Positions 1 through 12,200 of a stretch of 64,000 bases of DNA are shown piece by piece. Every line of letters starts with the position of its first letter. Positions within the stretch are counted from its first letter, which is position 1. Under the pieces are notes generated by a model, which saw nothing but the letters and a program-made list of their open reading frames with translations, had not been told where the DNA came from and made no database searches. The translations under genes were made by a program, and so were the position numbers. The DNA is from Octopus sinensis (Eukaryota), in NCBI RefSeq assembly GCF_006345805.1, contig NC_043001.1, positions 11,532,001-11,596,000 of the forward strand. Direction: 5' to 3'.

Positions 1-948
1 TTGAATCCCTAGACAAATTATGTGGCCATCCTCGTCTAGCATTCAGGGGTCCTCGTTCAGGAAAGGTGTTTTACGAGATGATCAACCTGTTTTCTCTAAA
101 ACAAGGAATCTGTTGTGTAATGATCTCTTTTTGTAAGACAACGTTTGTTGTTATTTGCCTGCTATTTATTGTAAACCGAGTAACCGTGCAAAAATCCCTT
201 GTTATCTCATGTCGCCACTGTAATTAACGTTGAGGAAAAACGTAGAGAGATAAGAAATTACCGAGATTGCAATTCGTGCGAATAAAGATTTAGCAAAGTG
301 CTTGGTAGAAAGTTTAGTGGGATAAATAGAGAAGGGATGGTGGAGATAGAGTAAAGAATGGGACAAGTAGCTTGAATCTGTTGGCTTTCTCAGAATTGCA
401 GATACTATTGCGTATTGAAGGAACAGAAACAAAACGCACCTCTAAGCTAATAATTGTTGTGTGAGATAAGACAATGTTATATCAATGAGCCAAGTGATGT
501 GTTTCACATGCGATCTCTAAGTTTTAATTGTGTTGTAGTGATACGACCCAAATACGTGAGAACTACCTTTATGTGAATCGCAGCTGAATTCTTTCAGAGG
601 AGCAGTAAGTGACAAGGGTGAATGGTTTCTTATTGAAATATAAGCTTATGGAACTGGATGAAGCTTTGTGAAGTGGTCCTTGGAGGACTACAGAAATTAA
701 GATACTTTAAATTTCATCGCAAGTTCCGTGGTTTTAGCTGTAACTTTTCAATTTGTAAGCAGGCGTAGTTCAGGACTCTTTTTTACATATATAGAATTTG
801 TGATGGTCAACTCGCTACCCATCTACATTCGCTAATGTATACTCTCTACTCATTCACAACCCGCCAATATACAATTCCTACCGCCTCGCTAATATACACT
901 CGCTACTGTACACTCGTCTATGCACACTCGCTATCCATTTGCTGTTTC

Positions 949-1120
949 CTTCTTCTTCTTCTTCTTCTTCTTCTTCTTCTTCTTCTTCTTCTTCTTCTTC
1001 TTCTTCTTCTTCTCCTTCTTCTTCTTCTTCTTCTTCTTCTTCTTCATCTTCTTTTTCCTCTTCTTCATCTTCTTCTTCTTCTTCTTCTTCTTCTTCTTCT
1101 TCTTCTTCTTCTTCTTCTTC
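949..1120. repeat. (CTT)n microsatellite
   Basis: Direct inspection. Confidence 0.98.
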
Positions 1121-1624
1121 CAATCATGACTTATGCCATTATCCACAAAGTATAAATCTCTAATCCGAGCCTAATCTAAGCTACTAAGAATGCGTGTGGC
1201 AACTTGAAGATCCACCCACCACACGCGATAGACGGGCGGTTGCACGGACGCGAAAGCTACGTTGTTATCCTCATTCCGTAAACGGTGGCTTTTAACGGGT
1301 GGAGAGCTGAGCCATCCTGGGGTACAGAGTATTCGCAATCTAGAAAGAAGTAGGCAGAAAGAGTGAGAGAAAGTTGTGGCGAAAGAGTACAGCAGGGTTC
1401 ACCAACATCCCCCGCCGGAGCTTCGTGGGGCTTAGATGTTTTTGCTCAATAAACATTCACAATGCCCGGTTTGGGAATCGAAACCGCATTCTTACGACTG
1501 CGAGTCCGCTGACCTAACCATTGGGCCATTGCGCCTCCACAATTGCTGTTGTTGCATATTCGACAATGTCCAATCACTACTCACTCTATTCATCGATATT
1601 GATCTTCAAGGACTAAACGCCTTA

Positions 1625-1745
1625 TACATTATTTACATTTGACGGATATTGTCCTCATTATGTTTGATATACCCTCCAGCCTTCATCAGGTGTCTTGGAG
1701 AATTTCGAACTCGGGTTCTCATTCCTAAGGTATTTTTCGATGTTA
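1625..1745 (-). mobile_element. Short hammerhead-family element H1, internally deleted copy
   Basis: Reverse complement matches 1967-2120 and 30420-30565 but lacks the GCCGAAACGTTGTGTTAACAAC segment. Adjoins an (ATT)n tract. Confidence 0.75.
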
Positions 1746-1966
1746 TTATTATTATTATTATTATATTATTATTATTATTATTATTATTTTTTTTTTTTTT
1801 TTTCTTCTTTCAAATTTGGTTCCATTTCTTGCCGAGTGTCTTCCCGACTCCTAGGGCAAGGAAACTCATAGTATACATTGGTAGACCATTAAACTAAACT
1901 CAATAGTTCGTTCATTTTTTTTTTAAGTTAAATTAAAATACATTATTATTGAAGAAGAAGAAAAAG

Positions 1967-2120
1967 ATCGAAAAATACCTCAGGAATGAGAACCCAAGTT
2001 CGAAATTTCCCCAAGACTCATGATGAAGGCTGGAGGTTATATCAGCCGAAACGTTGTGTTAACAACAAACAAGATGAGGACAAATATCAGTCAAATGTAA
2101 ATAATGTAAATAATGTAAAC
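1967..2120 (+). mobile_element. Short hammerhead-family element H1
   Basis: Motif at 2015-2060: gactc ATGATGA a GGCTG gaggttatat CAGCC GAA ACGT t gtgtt (C3 mutated). Ends in GTAAATAAT repeats. Confidence 0.75.
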
Positions 2121-2534
2121 AATTCTTCTCTTAAATATAGAACTTTATTAAACGCCTTATGTAGCGTATCTTCTATTTTTCTTTTCAGAAAAGTTACATG
2201 ATGTAATTTAAATAATACTTGGTTGGTGTAACAAGTTTTTATCAGATGGGGTGACTCTGCATCAACATGATGCTGGTTCGATGATGTTGTCTCTTGTGTA
2301 TAGCAGTATCAAAATGTAAATACTTGTTTAAGCTGATAAGAAGTGTGGAGTGATGCATTATCAACAAACGAGTGAATCTACAAACGGAATGATGTGGAGT
2401 GTATAACCAGTCACACGAATACACCAGAACGTCAATTATACCGAACCAGGGATTAAACTACTCAAAGGCAAGCTTTTTATCACCTCTCTATCTTTACTGC
2501 TTCTTAACATCCCAATCGCCGTTCATTTACTACT

Positions 2535-2902
2535 GTGGAAGCAGTCCGTCGGTTACGACGACGAGGGTTCCGGTTGATCCGAACCAACGGAACAGCCTGC
2601 TCGTGAAATCAACGTGCAAGTGGCTGAGCACTCCACAGACACGTGTACTCTTAAAGTAGTTCTCGGGGATATTCAGCGTGACACAGGGAGTGACAAGGCC
2701 GGGCCCTTTGAAATACAGGTACAACAGAAACAGGAAGTAAGAGTGAGAGAAAGTTGTGGTGAAAGAGTACAGCAGGGATCACCACCATCCCCTGCCGGAG
2801 CCTCGTGGAGCTTTAGGTGTTTTCGTTCAATAAACACTCACAATGCCCGGTCTGGAAATCGAAACCGCGATCCTATGACCGCGAGTCCGCTGCCCTAACC
2901 AC
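2535..2902 (-). mobile_element. tRNA-derived SINE family A, 5'-truncated, with TSD
   Basis: Matches 55948-56333. TCATTTACTACT at 2523-2534 and 2903-2914. Confidence 0.85.
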
Positions 2903-3676
2903 TCATTTACTACTAAGCTTCCCTTCACACGAATTCGGTTGTTTGGCATTACTTTACTGGAAATGTATTTTATATTCTTTTACCACAACTGTCAAGGTAC
3001 CGAAAGTGAAACTGAAAGTAAAACATCACGTCTGTGTTACTGCATATAACCAAGAATATTCGTAAGTTGTTAAGAACAGCTCTATCTCATCTCTGATTAT
3101 GTATAAGAACATGTAATTTCATCGCTCACTCAGATCGAGATCAAATGGTATATTTATAAACTTGCTGAATATGTCATCTTAGTGAAACTGCATTCACTGA
3201 TAAATATTATTAGCAAACCGGTCGGTTGGCCTGTTTCTCTTTTCTGTCTCAAAATGGTGCGTGTAACATCTAATATCTTCCATATATACTGAAATATCAA
3301 AATTAGGTGATAGCGCTTCATCTTCACTGATACGAAATTACATCACCTTCTGTTATGATGTATACTAATTTGATTGTTTAATTCACTGAAACCCAAAGAG
3401 AATAATGCAACAAAGGAAATGCTGCTAAATAGAGAATATTTGGATGGCGATAATAGAAATATAATGACCTTTATTGATAGGGTTGAATATATTTCTAATA
3501 TCATGACAAAGCTCGAAGTGATTTACTCTTGCAGATCATATCTTTCATATAATAATCACCTTAATCATGACTACTGAGTTGAAAATATTTATAAATCTCA
3601 CACGGTCGAATCTAATAATTTTGCTATGGCAAGTTGTCAGCTAGATTATTCATTAAGAAGCAGGAGAAGTGACAGA

Positions 3677-3812
3677 GAAGAAGAAGAAGAAGAAGAGAAG
3701 AAGAGAAGAAGAAGAAGAAGAAGAAGAAGAAGAAGAAGAAGAAGAAGAAGAAGAGAAGAAGAAGAAGAAGAAGAGGAGGAGGAGGAGGAGGTGGTGGTGG
3801 TGGTGGTGGTGG
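3677..3812. repeat. Compound (GAA)n(GAG)n(GGT)n microsatellite
   Basis: Direct inspection. Confidence 0.97.
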
Positions 3813-4401
3813 AGGTCTAACGAAGCAAGCACAAGAAAGTGCCTGTGGCGTTTGCCGACATTTTCGGAGATGCTGAAGCAGTGATCGAATCAAAATAAGG
3901 GAAATGTGTAATATAAAACAGCCAGAAGGCTTTGGTTGGCCCATAGCTATATTAGAAAACGCTTGATCAAGGTGCCACGCAGTGGGACTGAAATCGGAAC
4001 GATGTGGTTGGGAAACAAATTTTTTACCACGCAACAATATTTATCAGGAATGAATTACTTAAATACCCTTCTACATTTACCCAATTGTAATACACGCATT
4101 CATATTTTCTGCGTAGTTGACTACACAAACATATATCTTTTATCTTCATCTTTTAGTTTCTAACTGTGGTCTCTTGTATATACAAAAGAAATCATTTCCT
4201 TCATCATGGTGTTCATCATCTTGCCTAATTATAAGACCCCAAGATACATATAACTCACTGCATTCATTCCTCTAATACGCTTATCATCGGGAAACTGTAC
4301 TCCCTTGTTATCTACTTTTCGCCCTCTCTTCAATTCAGAATCAGCGTATTTATGAAGGGCAAGTTCCATCTGAATGCCACGTGAGAAAATCATACGGCCT
4401 A

Positions 4402-4433
<32 letters not shown>

Positions 4434-4460
4434 TATATATATACATATATATATATATAA

Positions 4461-4517
<57 letters not shown>

Positions 4518-4672
4518 ATATATGTATGTATATATCTCTTTTACTTTTACTTGTTTCAGTCATTTGACTGCGGCCATGCTGGAGCACCGCCTTAATCGAG
4601 CAACTCGACCCCAGGACTTATTCTTTTGTAAGCCCAGTACTTATTCTATCGGTCTCTTTTGCCGAACTGATA

Positions 4673-5036
4673 TAACTGGTCTTGTTGGTGGTACTGCTAT
4701 AGGGTCAGCGGTTACTTTATGGTCCTTGCGAAGTCCATACAGTGCCGGGATATCATTGTTTCAGGCTTGGAAATTATTTGCTGTACGTTTCTGGGGTTCC
4801 AGAACAATAGTCCACATCATCATGTGGGCATTGAGGACCTTTTCTCTCTCCTCATGCGACTGTAAAGTTGTTATTTTTGTTTTGGCGATATGAGGTTGCA
4901 TTGCCTGGATGTAGTTCGCTAAGCTGTCTATTGACATCCTGCCGGACTTATCTGTGGGAAGGCATACCACCTCTCCGTTCCTCGTGCGCTGAATGAGCTT
5001 ACGTTTAATCCCGAGTTGTTGGGCCTCTGTCTTATC
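4673..5036 (-). pseudogene. Inverted N-terminal RT segment of the same Penelope-like element
   Basis: Minus strand reads TEAQQLGIKRKLIQRTRNGEVVCLPTDKSGRM...[33 protein letters not shown]. In PLE RTs this region (DKSG, LYGLxKxHK, RP motifs) directly precedes the plus-strand ASNYRISYFLS. One in-frame TGA at 4761-4763. Confidence 0.88.
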
Positions 5037-6847
5037 GCTAGCAATTACAGAATCTCCTACTTCCTCTCAATGATCATACGCCCTATAATCCGGATGTCAC
5101 CTGATGTTTGTGACAGCACAGAAGATCTCCTCAGCAGGATCAATGACTGTAACAAAACTTGTGACCTGACGGGATGTATGGTGGGTAGCATGGATGTGGT
5201 ATCCCTATACCCATCGATCGACGTAGATTTTGCGGTGGAGAAGTGCGTGGAGATGATTAACGAGAGCCAGGTGGAGTTCCGTAATGTCAACACAGAGGAA
5301 TTGGGCCTCCTACTTAGACTGACATGTAACAATGTATACCTAGATAAACATAATCATAGTAGTTTCTGCCCCAGTAGATGTTTAAGAGGTAGACCGCCCA
5401 CACTTACTTCTATGGCTAGGAAGACACATATAGAAAGATGGCGGGGATAGACCAGAGCCATACGAAGCCCCGCAAATGTCCATCAGGTAAAGAAAATGAT
5501 CGCACATGCACTAGGAGCTAGTATAAGAGTTACCCTAAAAGGCCACACGTTTAAATTTATCAATAAAATATATGCCCAGGACGAGGGGGCAGCCATCGGC
5601 GTTAGTATCGCTGGTGATGTGGCCAACCTTTTCATGGTATGGTGGGACAGAAGACTTAAAGAACGCCTAACACAGAACTCCATACTCGTAAACATGTACT
5701 CTCGCTATGTTGATGATATCAACATAGTGGTAAAGGCACCCCCACAAGAGAGTACTGTTGATATAGTAATAGAAACTAATACTATGGAGAGCATCCAGCT
5801 AACTCCATCCACCAGAGCTAACTCCATCCACCAGAGTATTAAGGTCAGAATAGACTACCCCACTAAGCACCCCAACCATAGACTACCAGTACTAGACACT
5901 GAACTCTGGCTAGAAATTGTGAAACCAAAATCCTTCATTCATACTATGCCAAACCTATGGCCTCAAAATACTTGATCCACTGGAACTCAGCCATTGCGGA
6001 CAATGCCAAATTCAATATTTTGATGGCAGACCTCGTCAGAATAATAAGAAATGTGTCACGCATGTGCGACCCTACAGAGTTAAAGAGACACATACAATAT
6101 TTCATTCATCGCATGCAGTTCTCAGGTTACAGCCATAAAGAAAGGATCAGAGTATACAAAGGAGCCATGAAGAAATTTGATAATATATTATGTAATGATA
6201 GGAATGGGATTTGCCCACTCTATAGGAACAAGTCACGGAACACTATAGAAAGGACAAAAAAGAAAATAGGGATGGGCAACTCTTGGTATGATAGCCATAA
6301 ATACCAGAGTGTCATGTTCGTTGACACCACCCCTGAAGGTGAACTGGCGTACCGCTTTAGAAAGACCCTAGACAAACTTAAGCTAAGGATTAAGGTTGTT
6401 GAAAAGCCAGGCAACCCTATCAAATGTATAATTGGTAGAACCTATCCTTTTAGTAGAACCCCCTGTACGGATAAGTACTGTACTGTATGTAGATTTAGTC
6501 CACAAACGAACTGTAAAACCAGAAATGTAGTCTATAGTATAAGATGTATAGAGGGACGATGCAGTAACAAGACAACGACATACGTAGGGGAAACGGCAAG
6601 AAGCATAGGAGAGCGGGTAAATGGTCATTGGAGACAACTAAAGGAAGGTAAAAGCTCATCGATTCTGTACCAACACGCCGAACAGGAACACGGGGGATCT
6701 ATCAACAACATAGAAATTAAAATATTGTCCACACATAGAACAGATGCAACAATTAGACAAATTACAGAAGCTACACACATAATGGAAAATAAACCTAGCC
6801 TGAATAGAAAACTAGAATGGAACACAAGCACACACCACAACATATGA
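5037..6847 (+). pseudogene. Penelope-like element ORF (RT core/thumb, Cys-rich linker, C-terminal GIY-YIG endonuclease), disrupted
   Basis: RT motifs ASNYRISYFLS, SMDVVSLYPSI, QDEGAAIGVSIAGDVANLFM, YSRYVDD and RLPVLD. Linker CTDKYCTVC..C. Endonuclease NVVYSIRC..YVGETARSIGERVNGH..HAEQEH..EATHIMENKPSLN. In-frame TAG at 5448-5450 (same frame resumes) and a frameshift near 5920-5935 (ILHSYYAKPMASKYL lies in the next frame). The Cys linker suggests a Neptune-like clade (inference). Confidence 0.93.
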
Positions 6848-7400
6848 CGGTAGAGGATCCAGAAAACATAATAAATACACAGACAAATAAAAAAATAGAA
6901 ATAAATAACTATATATATTTTACATATATATATATATTTTTTTCAAGTTATTATTATTATTACTAGTATTGTTGTTATACATACATACATACATACATAC
7001 ATACATACATACAAGCATATGTAATGATAATAATAAGTGGATGTAAACACATGAACATATATAAACAGAAGATACAAATATTACAGGCATTCCCCCCACA
7101 TACACACACTAAATAAACATAGACGCACATAGAGATATAAGCATGAGCAAATGAAGACGTACAACAGAAATACAAAATGGCTGACGGTTAGTAAGGAGAG
7201 ACACAAATAAGAAAGAAGAAAACAAAGGACCACTGATGCGGTCATAGGAGTGTGACGAAAGAACTCTGGCCGAAATAAGATTAAGATTAATGTAAAAAAT
7301 AAATAACACTGAAGCAAAATAACACCACATATATAGTGCGTGTGTTTTTATTGGCTAAACTGGCAAAATGACCGTTTCGAAATATAACAATATCTGTTTC
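6848..7400 (+). mobile_element. 3' UTR / pseudo-LTR of the Penelope-like element
   Basis: Follows the ORF stop, contains internal microsatellites and a hammerhead motif at 7227-7271. The 3' boundary is approximate. Confidence 0.6.
7227..7271 (+). ncRNA. Minimal type I hammerhead ribozyme motif (core CUGAUGC, A9 altered)
   Basis: ggacca CTGATGC g GTCAT aggagt GTGAC GAA AG aa CT C tggcc. Stem I (cca/tgg plus gg/cc), 5-bp stem II, quasi-palindromic stem III, CUC triplet. Confidence 0.65.
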
Positions 7401-7546
7401 AACACACGACTTCACATAAAAAATCTTGCACAACAAATATATAAACGTACTATATATATATATACATAATAAATATTAGGGAATAAATCCAAATTTACAG
7501 GGAAAAAATCAGATTTAGGATTAAATCCAATTTTATAGTAAAATAT

Positions 7547-7612
7547 TATAAAATATTATTAGAGACAAAACCACTATTTTGCAAAATAGTGGTTTTGTCT
7601 CTAATAATATTT

Positions 7613-7616
<4 letters not shown>
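7547..7616. repeat. Perfect 70-bp palindrome with no spacer
   Basis: 35-bp arms centred at TTTTG|CAAAA, ending a ~145-bp element (7470-7616) related to about 32130-32260. Confidence 0.9.
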
Positions 7617-7695
<79 letters not shown>

Positions 7696-8265
7696 TGGCC
7701 TGATCGCTTAGCCAGCGGGGTGGATCATTTGAAGGCTAAAACAATGCGAACGCATTGTGACCAGCGATGTGTAACTACATCTGATGGACTGGTCGGTCAC
7801 GTAAAGAGTAAAATATATATATATATATTAATGTATGTATATATACATACATATATATATATATATACATGTATGTATGTATGTATGTATATATGTATGT
7901 ATGTATGTATGTGCGTTTGTTTGTGTATGCAGATATTTACATATATATATATGCAAACGTACATGTAACGTACATTATTTCAGTTTTCCAGCTGCTACCT
8001 TCAATATAGAGCTAATGTGTTATATGATCTTGTTTTTTGTTTTTTTACATTTTCCACTTGTCAAATAGATTCTATATATTCTAGGGATACCATTTATGTA
8101 ATCATAATAGAACATATTCAAATCGGTGTAAGCCTTAAATTACATTGAATTGAATTACCATAAACATGATATCTGGTTGAAACTGACAGTTACAGAATAG
8201 GAGAGTTCTGGTTGTTTTTCACAATCCACGCCACATAGAATGAGTAGGAGGTAAAGAAGCACAAA

Positions 8266-8505
8266 AGGCGGCGAGCTGGCAGAATGGTTAGCACGCCGGG
8301 CGAAATGCTTAACGTTATTTCGCCTGCCGTTACGTTCTGAGTTCAAATTCCGCCGAGGTCGACTTTGCCTTTCATCCTTTCGGGGATCGATTAAATAAGC
8401 ACCAGTTACGCAATGGGGTCGATGTAATCGACTCAATCCGTGTGTATGGTCCTTGTTTGTCCTCTCTGAGTTTAGCGCCTTGTGGGTAAAAAAAGAAATA
8501 GAAAT
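8266..8505 (+). mobile_element. SINE family B
   Basis: Same consensus. Further copies near 13680(-), 28600(+), 35480(-), 36968(+), 45520(-), 47775(+), 49490-50110(+), 50815(+) and 62885(-). Confidence 0.85.
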
Positions 8506-9204
8506 ATGTAAGGAAGCACCAATTGGAATCAAGTGGTTCGGGGTTCAAGACCACCCTGCAGCATCTTGGGCAAGTGTTTTCTACGATAATCTCGCATTAA
8601 ATAATGCTATTTGAGTTTATGAGTGAATGCCATAGAAGGGAAACTGTTAGGAATCCCTTCATATATATATGTGACTATATCTGTAGCTTTGTGCTTGTTC
8701 ACCCCACTCCTTGAGAAATGGTGCTGGTTTGTTTACGTTCATACGTGTTAGTGTTCTGGCAAAAGAGAACGTTAGGATAAATACCAGACTTAAAGAAATG
8801 TCTTGGTGTAGCCTGCTCGACGAAAACCTTCGAGGCTCTACCCCAGTATGGGCGCAGTCCAATGACTGAAACAAGCAAAAGATAAGGAACAATCATCCTT
8901 CCTTGACATAAAAACATTTCTTCGGGTCTGTCTCCATGTTATTTCTCCAAAGGGAATTAAGACGGCATTGCTTTCAGTACTGACCAGTTCTATACTACAT
9001 ACACGAAAGCACAAAGGCACGCACACACACACACACACACCACACACACACACACATACACACACACACACACACGATTGTAGTTACCTACATGTTTTCC
9101 CATACCACAAAATCGAAGGAAATAATCCATTCCCTCTTTAGAAAGGGACACAGAAAAAAACAAGGAGAGAAACACGGAGAGAAAAAATGTGTGTAGTGGC
9201 TACC

Positions 9205-9297
<93 letters not shown>

Positions 9298-12200
9298 TGA
9301 GATAGATAGATAGATAGATAGATACATAGATATGCTTATGTATACATGTGTATCAATGAGTGTGTACATGTACACATATATAGGAGTAAAGACAAAAATG
9401 CATGTGTGTATCTGTATTTGTGTGTGTGTGTGTGTTTGTGTATGACTCCTCTGTATAAAGTGTAACGTGAATGAACTGCGAATCACGTGCCTTTCCATTG
9501 ATAGATTTATATGGAAGTAATTTACTTTTGATAGAATTACCTTTGTTACATAATTCTCCTCTGATTTTACTAAATTATGCAATCATTTGTTACATGCTAA
9601 ATGATGATGATATTTTCCCTTTATTCGAGAAGAGAGCGAATTATTACCTAATTTTACCATTTCCGTTTCTGTGATGGGTATTTGATGTTACAAGCATCGG
9701 ATTGAGAGATGAACGGGAAAGAAGCCCAGTGCTAATAGTAGTTATCAATGAATGCTATTTACACGAATGTGACAATTTCAACAAGTTTATTAATATTCTT
9801 TCTGTACACGGAATGATTTATTTAGAAGCGTATACATATTTATATTTAACCAGAGCTATAAATTGGCGAAATAATATCGTGTGTTGGTTGTATGATTAGA
9901 ATGAAAATATACTGGAACCTGAGCGGAATTATATCACAGCGAAATAATTACGCCAGCAAGTAACATTTATTGGACGAAAGAGGAATTTCACTCATTGTAA
10001 TTTATTCTCTCGAAAGTGAGACCAATACACAAATAGCATTTCGTTAACAACATATTCCAGTAAGTAGGCTACACATGGTTGTAGAAATTATGATGCTTGA
10101 TATGATAACAGACAGTCCGCATTTAATAACAGTCACGATGTCAGATTGAGGTAAAATGGACGCTTGCGTAAAATACGACAATGTGATTGAGTCAACAGGG
10201 TGCTGGATAAAACGATTCGAGGTCCTTCTTCTGATTCTCTACTCTCTAGTTACACTCCTGGTACATTTAACTTTGTGTTTTCTCCTTTCAAAATCGATAA
10301 AAAGAAATGTACGAATCCAAGGCAATGGATTGACAGATTTTTCAGCGGTTTTGACGAACTCTCCTGCGCCGCTGTTCCATATCTTTTGCGTTCTGAGAGC
10401 AACGTATATTATGACACTGCTGCTAAGCTATATCGGCCTTCGTCGGCAGATTTCCAATTGATAAACATGTATGTGTGGAGAGGAAAGACATGTATGAAGA
10501 GACAACTACTAGACTTACTCGGAAACATTTCTCAGGTCTATACATGTATGTTGCTGTTTGTTCTTTCTCAAGCTAAGCCTAGCTCATAAGGGACGGTTTC
10601 CCGGTTTCATTTGCATATAATTTCTCCAGCTGGGCGGAATGCTGGTCTTTTGCAAGAGTGTCGCTCGATGTAAGAGGAAAGAGTGCGAGAAAGTTGTGGC
10701 GAAAGGGTCAGCAGAATTTCGCTCTTACTTTCTGCTGGAGCGACGTGGAGCTTGGGTGTTTCGCTCATAAACACACACATCACCCGGTCCGAGATTCGAA
10801 TCCGCGATCCCTCGACTGCGAGTCCGCTGCTCTAATCACTAAGCCATGTGCCTCCACTACACATGTATATACTGATGTATAATCCACATTGACTGAAGCA
10901 GCACATCACCCCAGGCAACTGCCAGTAACCACAGGAAAGTCATGAAAGGAAGGGAAGCGAAATGTATAAACGCTTGAAAGAGAAAACAGATTCATTATGA
11001 AAGCTGTAGTGCAATGTAGTGCAATGCATACCATACTGTAGTAGTATTGAAGTGAGACCTACCATGTTGATGTTGACGATCATTGACTTAGCAGAGCGAG
11101 AGTAATTACAAGAAACTAATAAGCTATTATATTAGCAAATAAGCGTTCCATTTGAGCAATCTTTAAGTAGTATCTTGAAGATACCATATAAAAGAACACT
11201 TTTAAGTAAAATTTATAATAGGAAAAAACATTAACATGGATTTCGAAAATAGAAAAAAAAGACGATATGTAGCGATACGTATCTGATGTAAACAAAATCT
11301 AAAATGGAAAATAAATTAGAAAAAAATGTTTTAAAATAAAAAGGAGAATAGTAGAAAAGAAATGGAGAACTTTGAAATGAAGGCTAAATGCTGTGAGAAA
11401 CACTTTTATCAGGTGAGAATGTCTGAAAGAAATACTCAAGAAGAAATTCGGTCTACAGAGAGACGGAGGGGACTGCCAATACGCCTTCAGTGATAGATAC
11501 GTTTTCACTCCGTTAAAAGGTCTGGAATGTGAAAATCAAGAAGTTTAATCCGTGTCAGTGGTGATATAATCGAGACTATAGTAGGAAGTCTTCTCGATAA
11601 GAAAACATCAAAAATTCCCTGGATTATACGGTATTTGTACAAAGCTGTGACATGTTATGAGAGATGTTTTTAACAACTGCTGTTAACAAGCTCTCAGTTA
11701 GGATATAAATATAACAAACTTTCTGCTATTAGCAAGTATATAATCTGATACCTTAGAACAAAAGCATCTACATAGCAAAAACTATTGGCTAATTACATTC
11801 TAGAATCTTATGTAGATTATGTATATAAAGTAACTAAACCTATTCTTCTAGAGTCTTAAGTTTCAGTGATAATTATATATTACATCAAATTGCTGAGAAG
11901 AAGTGAGTTAGGTGATGTGCTATGCAATTCCTAATCAGTGATGCCAGGTGTGCTTATAGCATACAAGGATCTTGGCTATAGTTCTAGATGGATTACAAGA
12001 ATGTATTCGTTCTGTTCTTCCAAACGTGGACATCAAGCGCTCTACGTTCTTCTAAAGTCCTCAACCGAAAATATAGTCAACCGATGTTCATCCTTGGTCA
12101 TCATCAAGCTGCCAGACGAGATGGTGAAGATGCCGACGACCGCTCGGTTCAAAGTCTCCCTTGACCTCAAGTGGCCTGAACTCTTTACATGAACACCACC

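Noticed and set aside
1200-1268. caac TTGAAGA..GAA AGCT A cgttg hammerhead-like motif
   Set aside because: No convincing stem II adjacent to GAA, and C3 is absent. Too weak without homologues.
4761-5450. Selenoprotein (Naiad-type) PLE suggested by the in-frame TGA at 4761-4763
   Set aside because: GIY-YIG is C-terminal here but N-terminal in Naiad/Chlamys. The other stop is TAG, there is a frameshift and no SECIS was recognised. Ordinary decay is simpler.
10156-10589. Overlapping 101- and 129-aa ORFs in unique sequence as a host exon
   Set aside because: No recognisable motif or splice evidence. A BLASTx or RNA-seq check would be needed.
11000-11510. Very old RTE RT 3' end
   Set aside because: Only faint similarity across many stops, insufficient to call.
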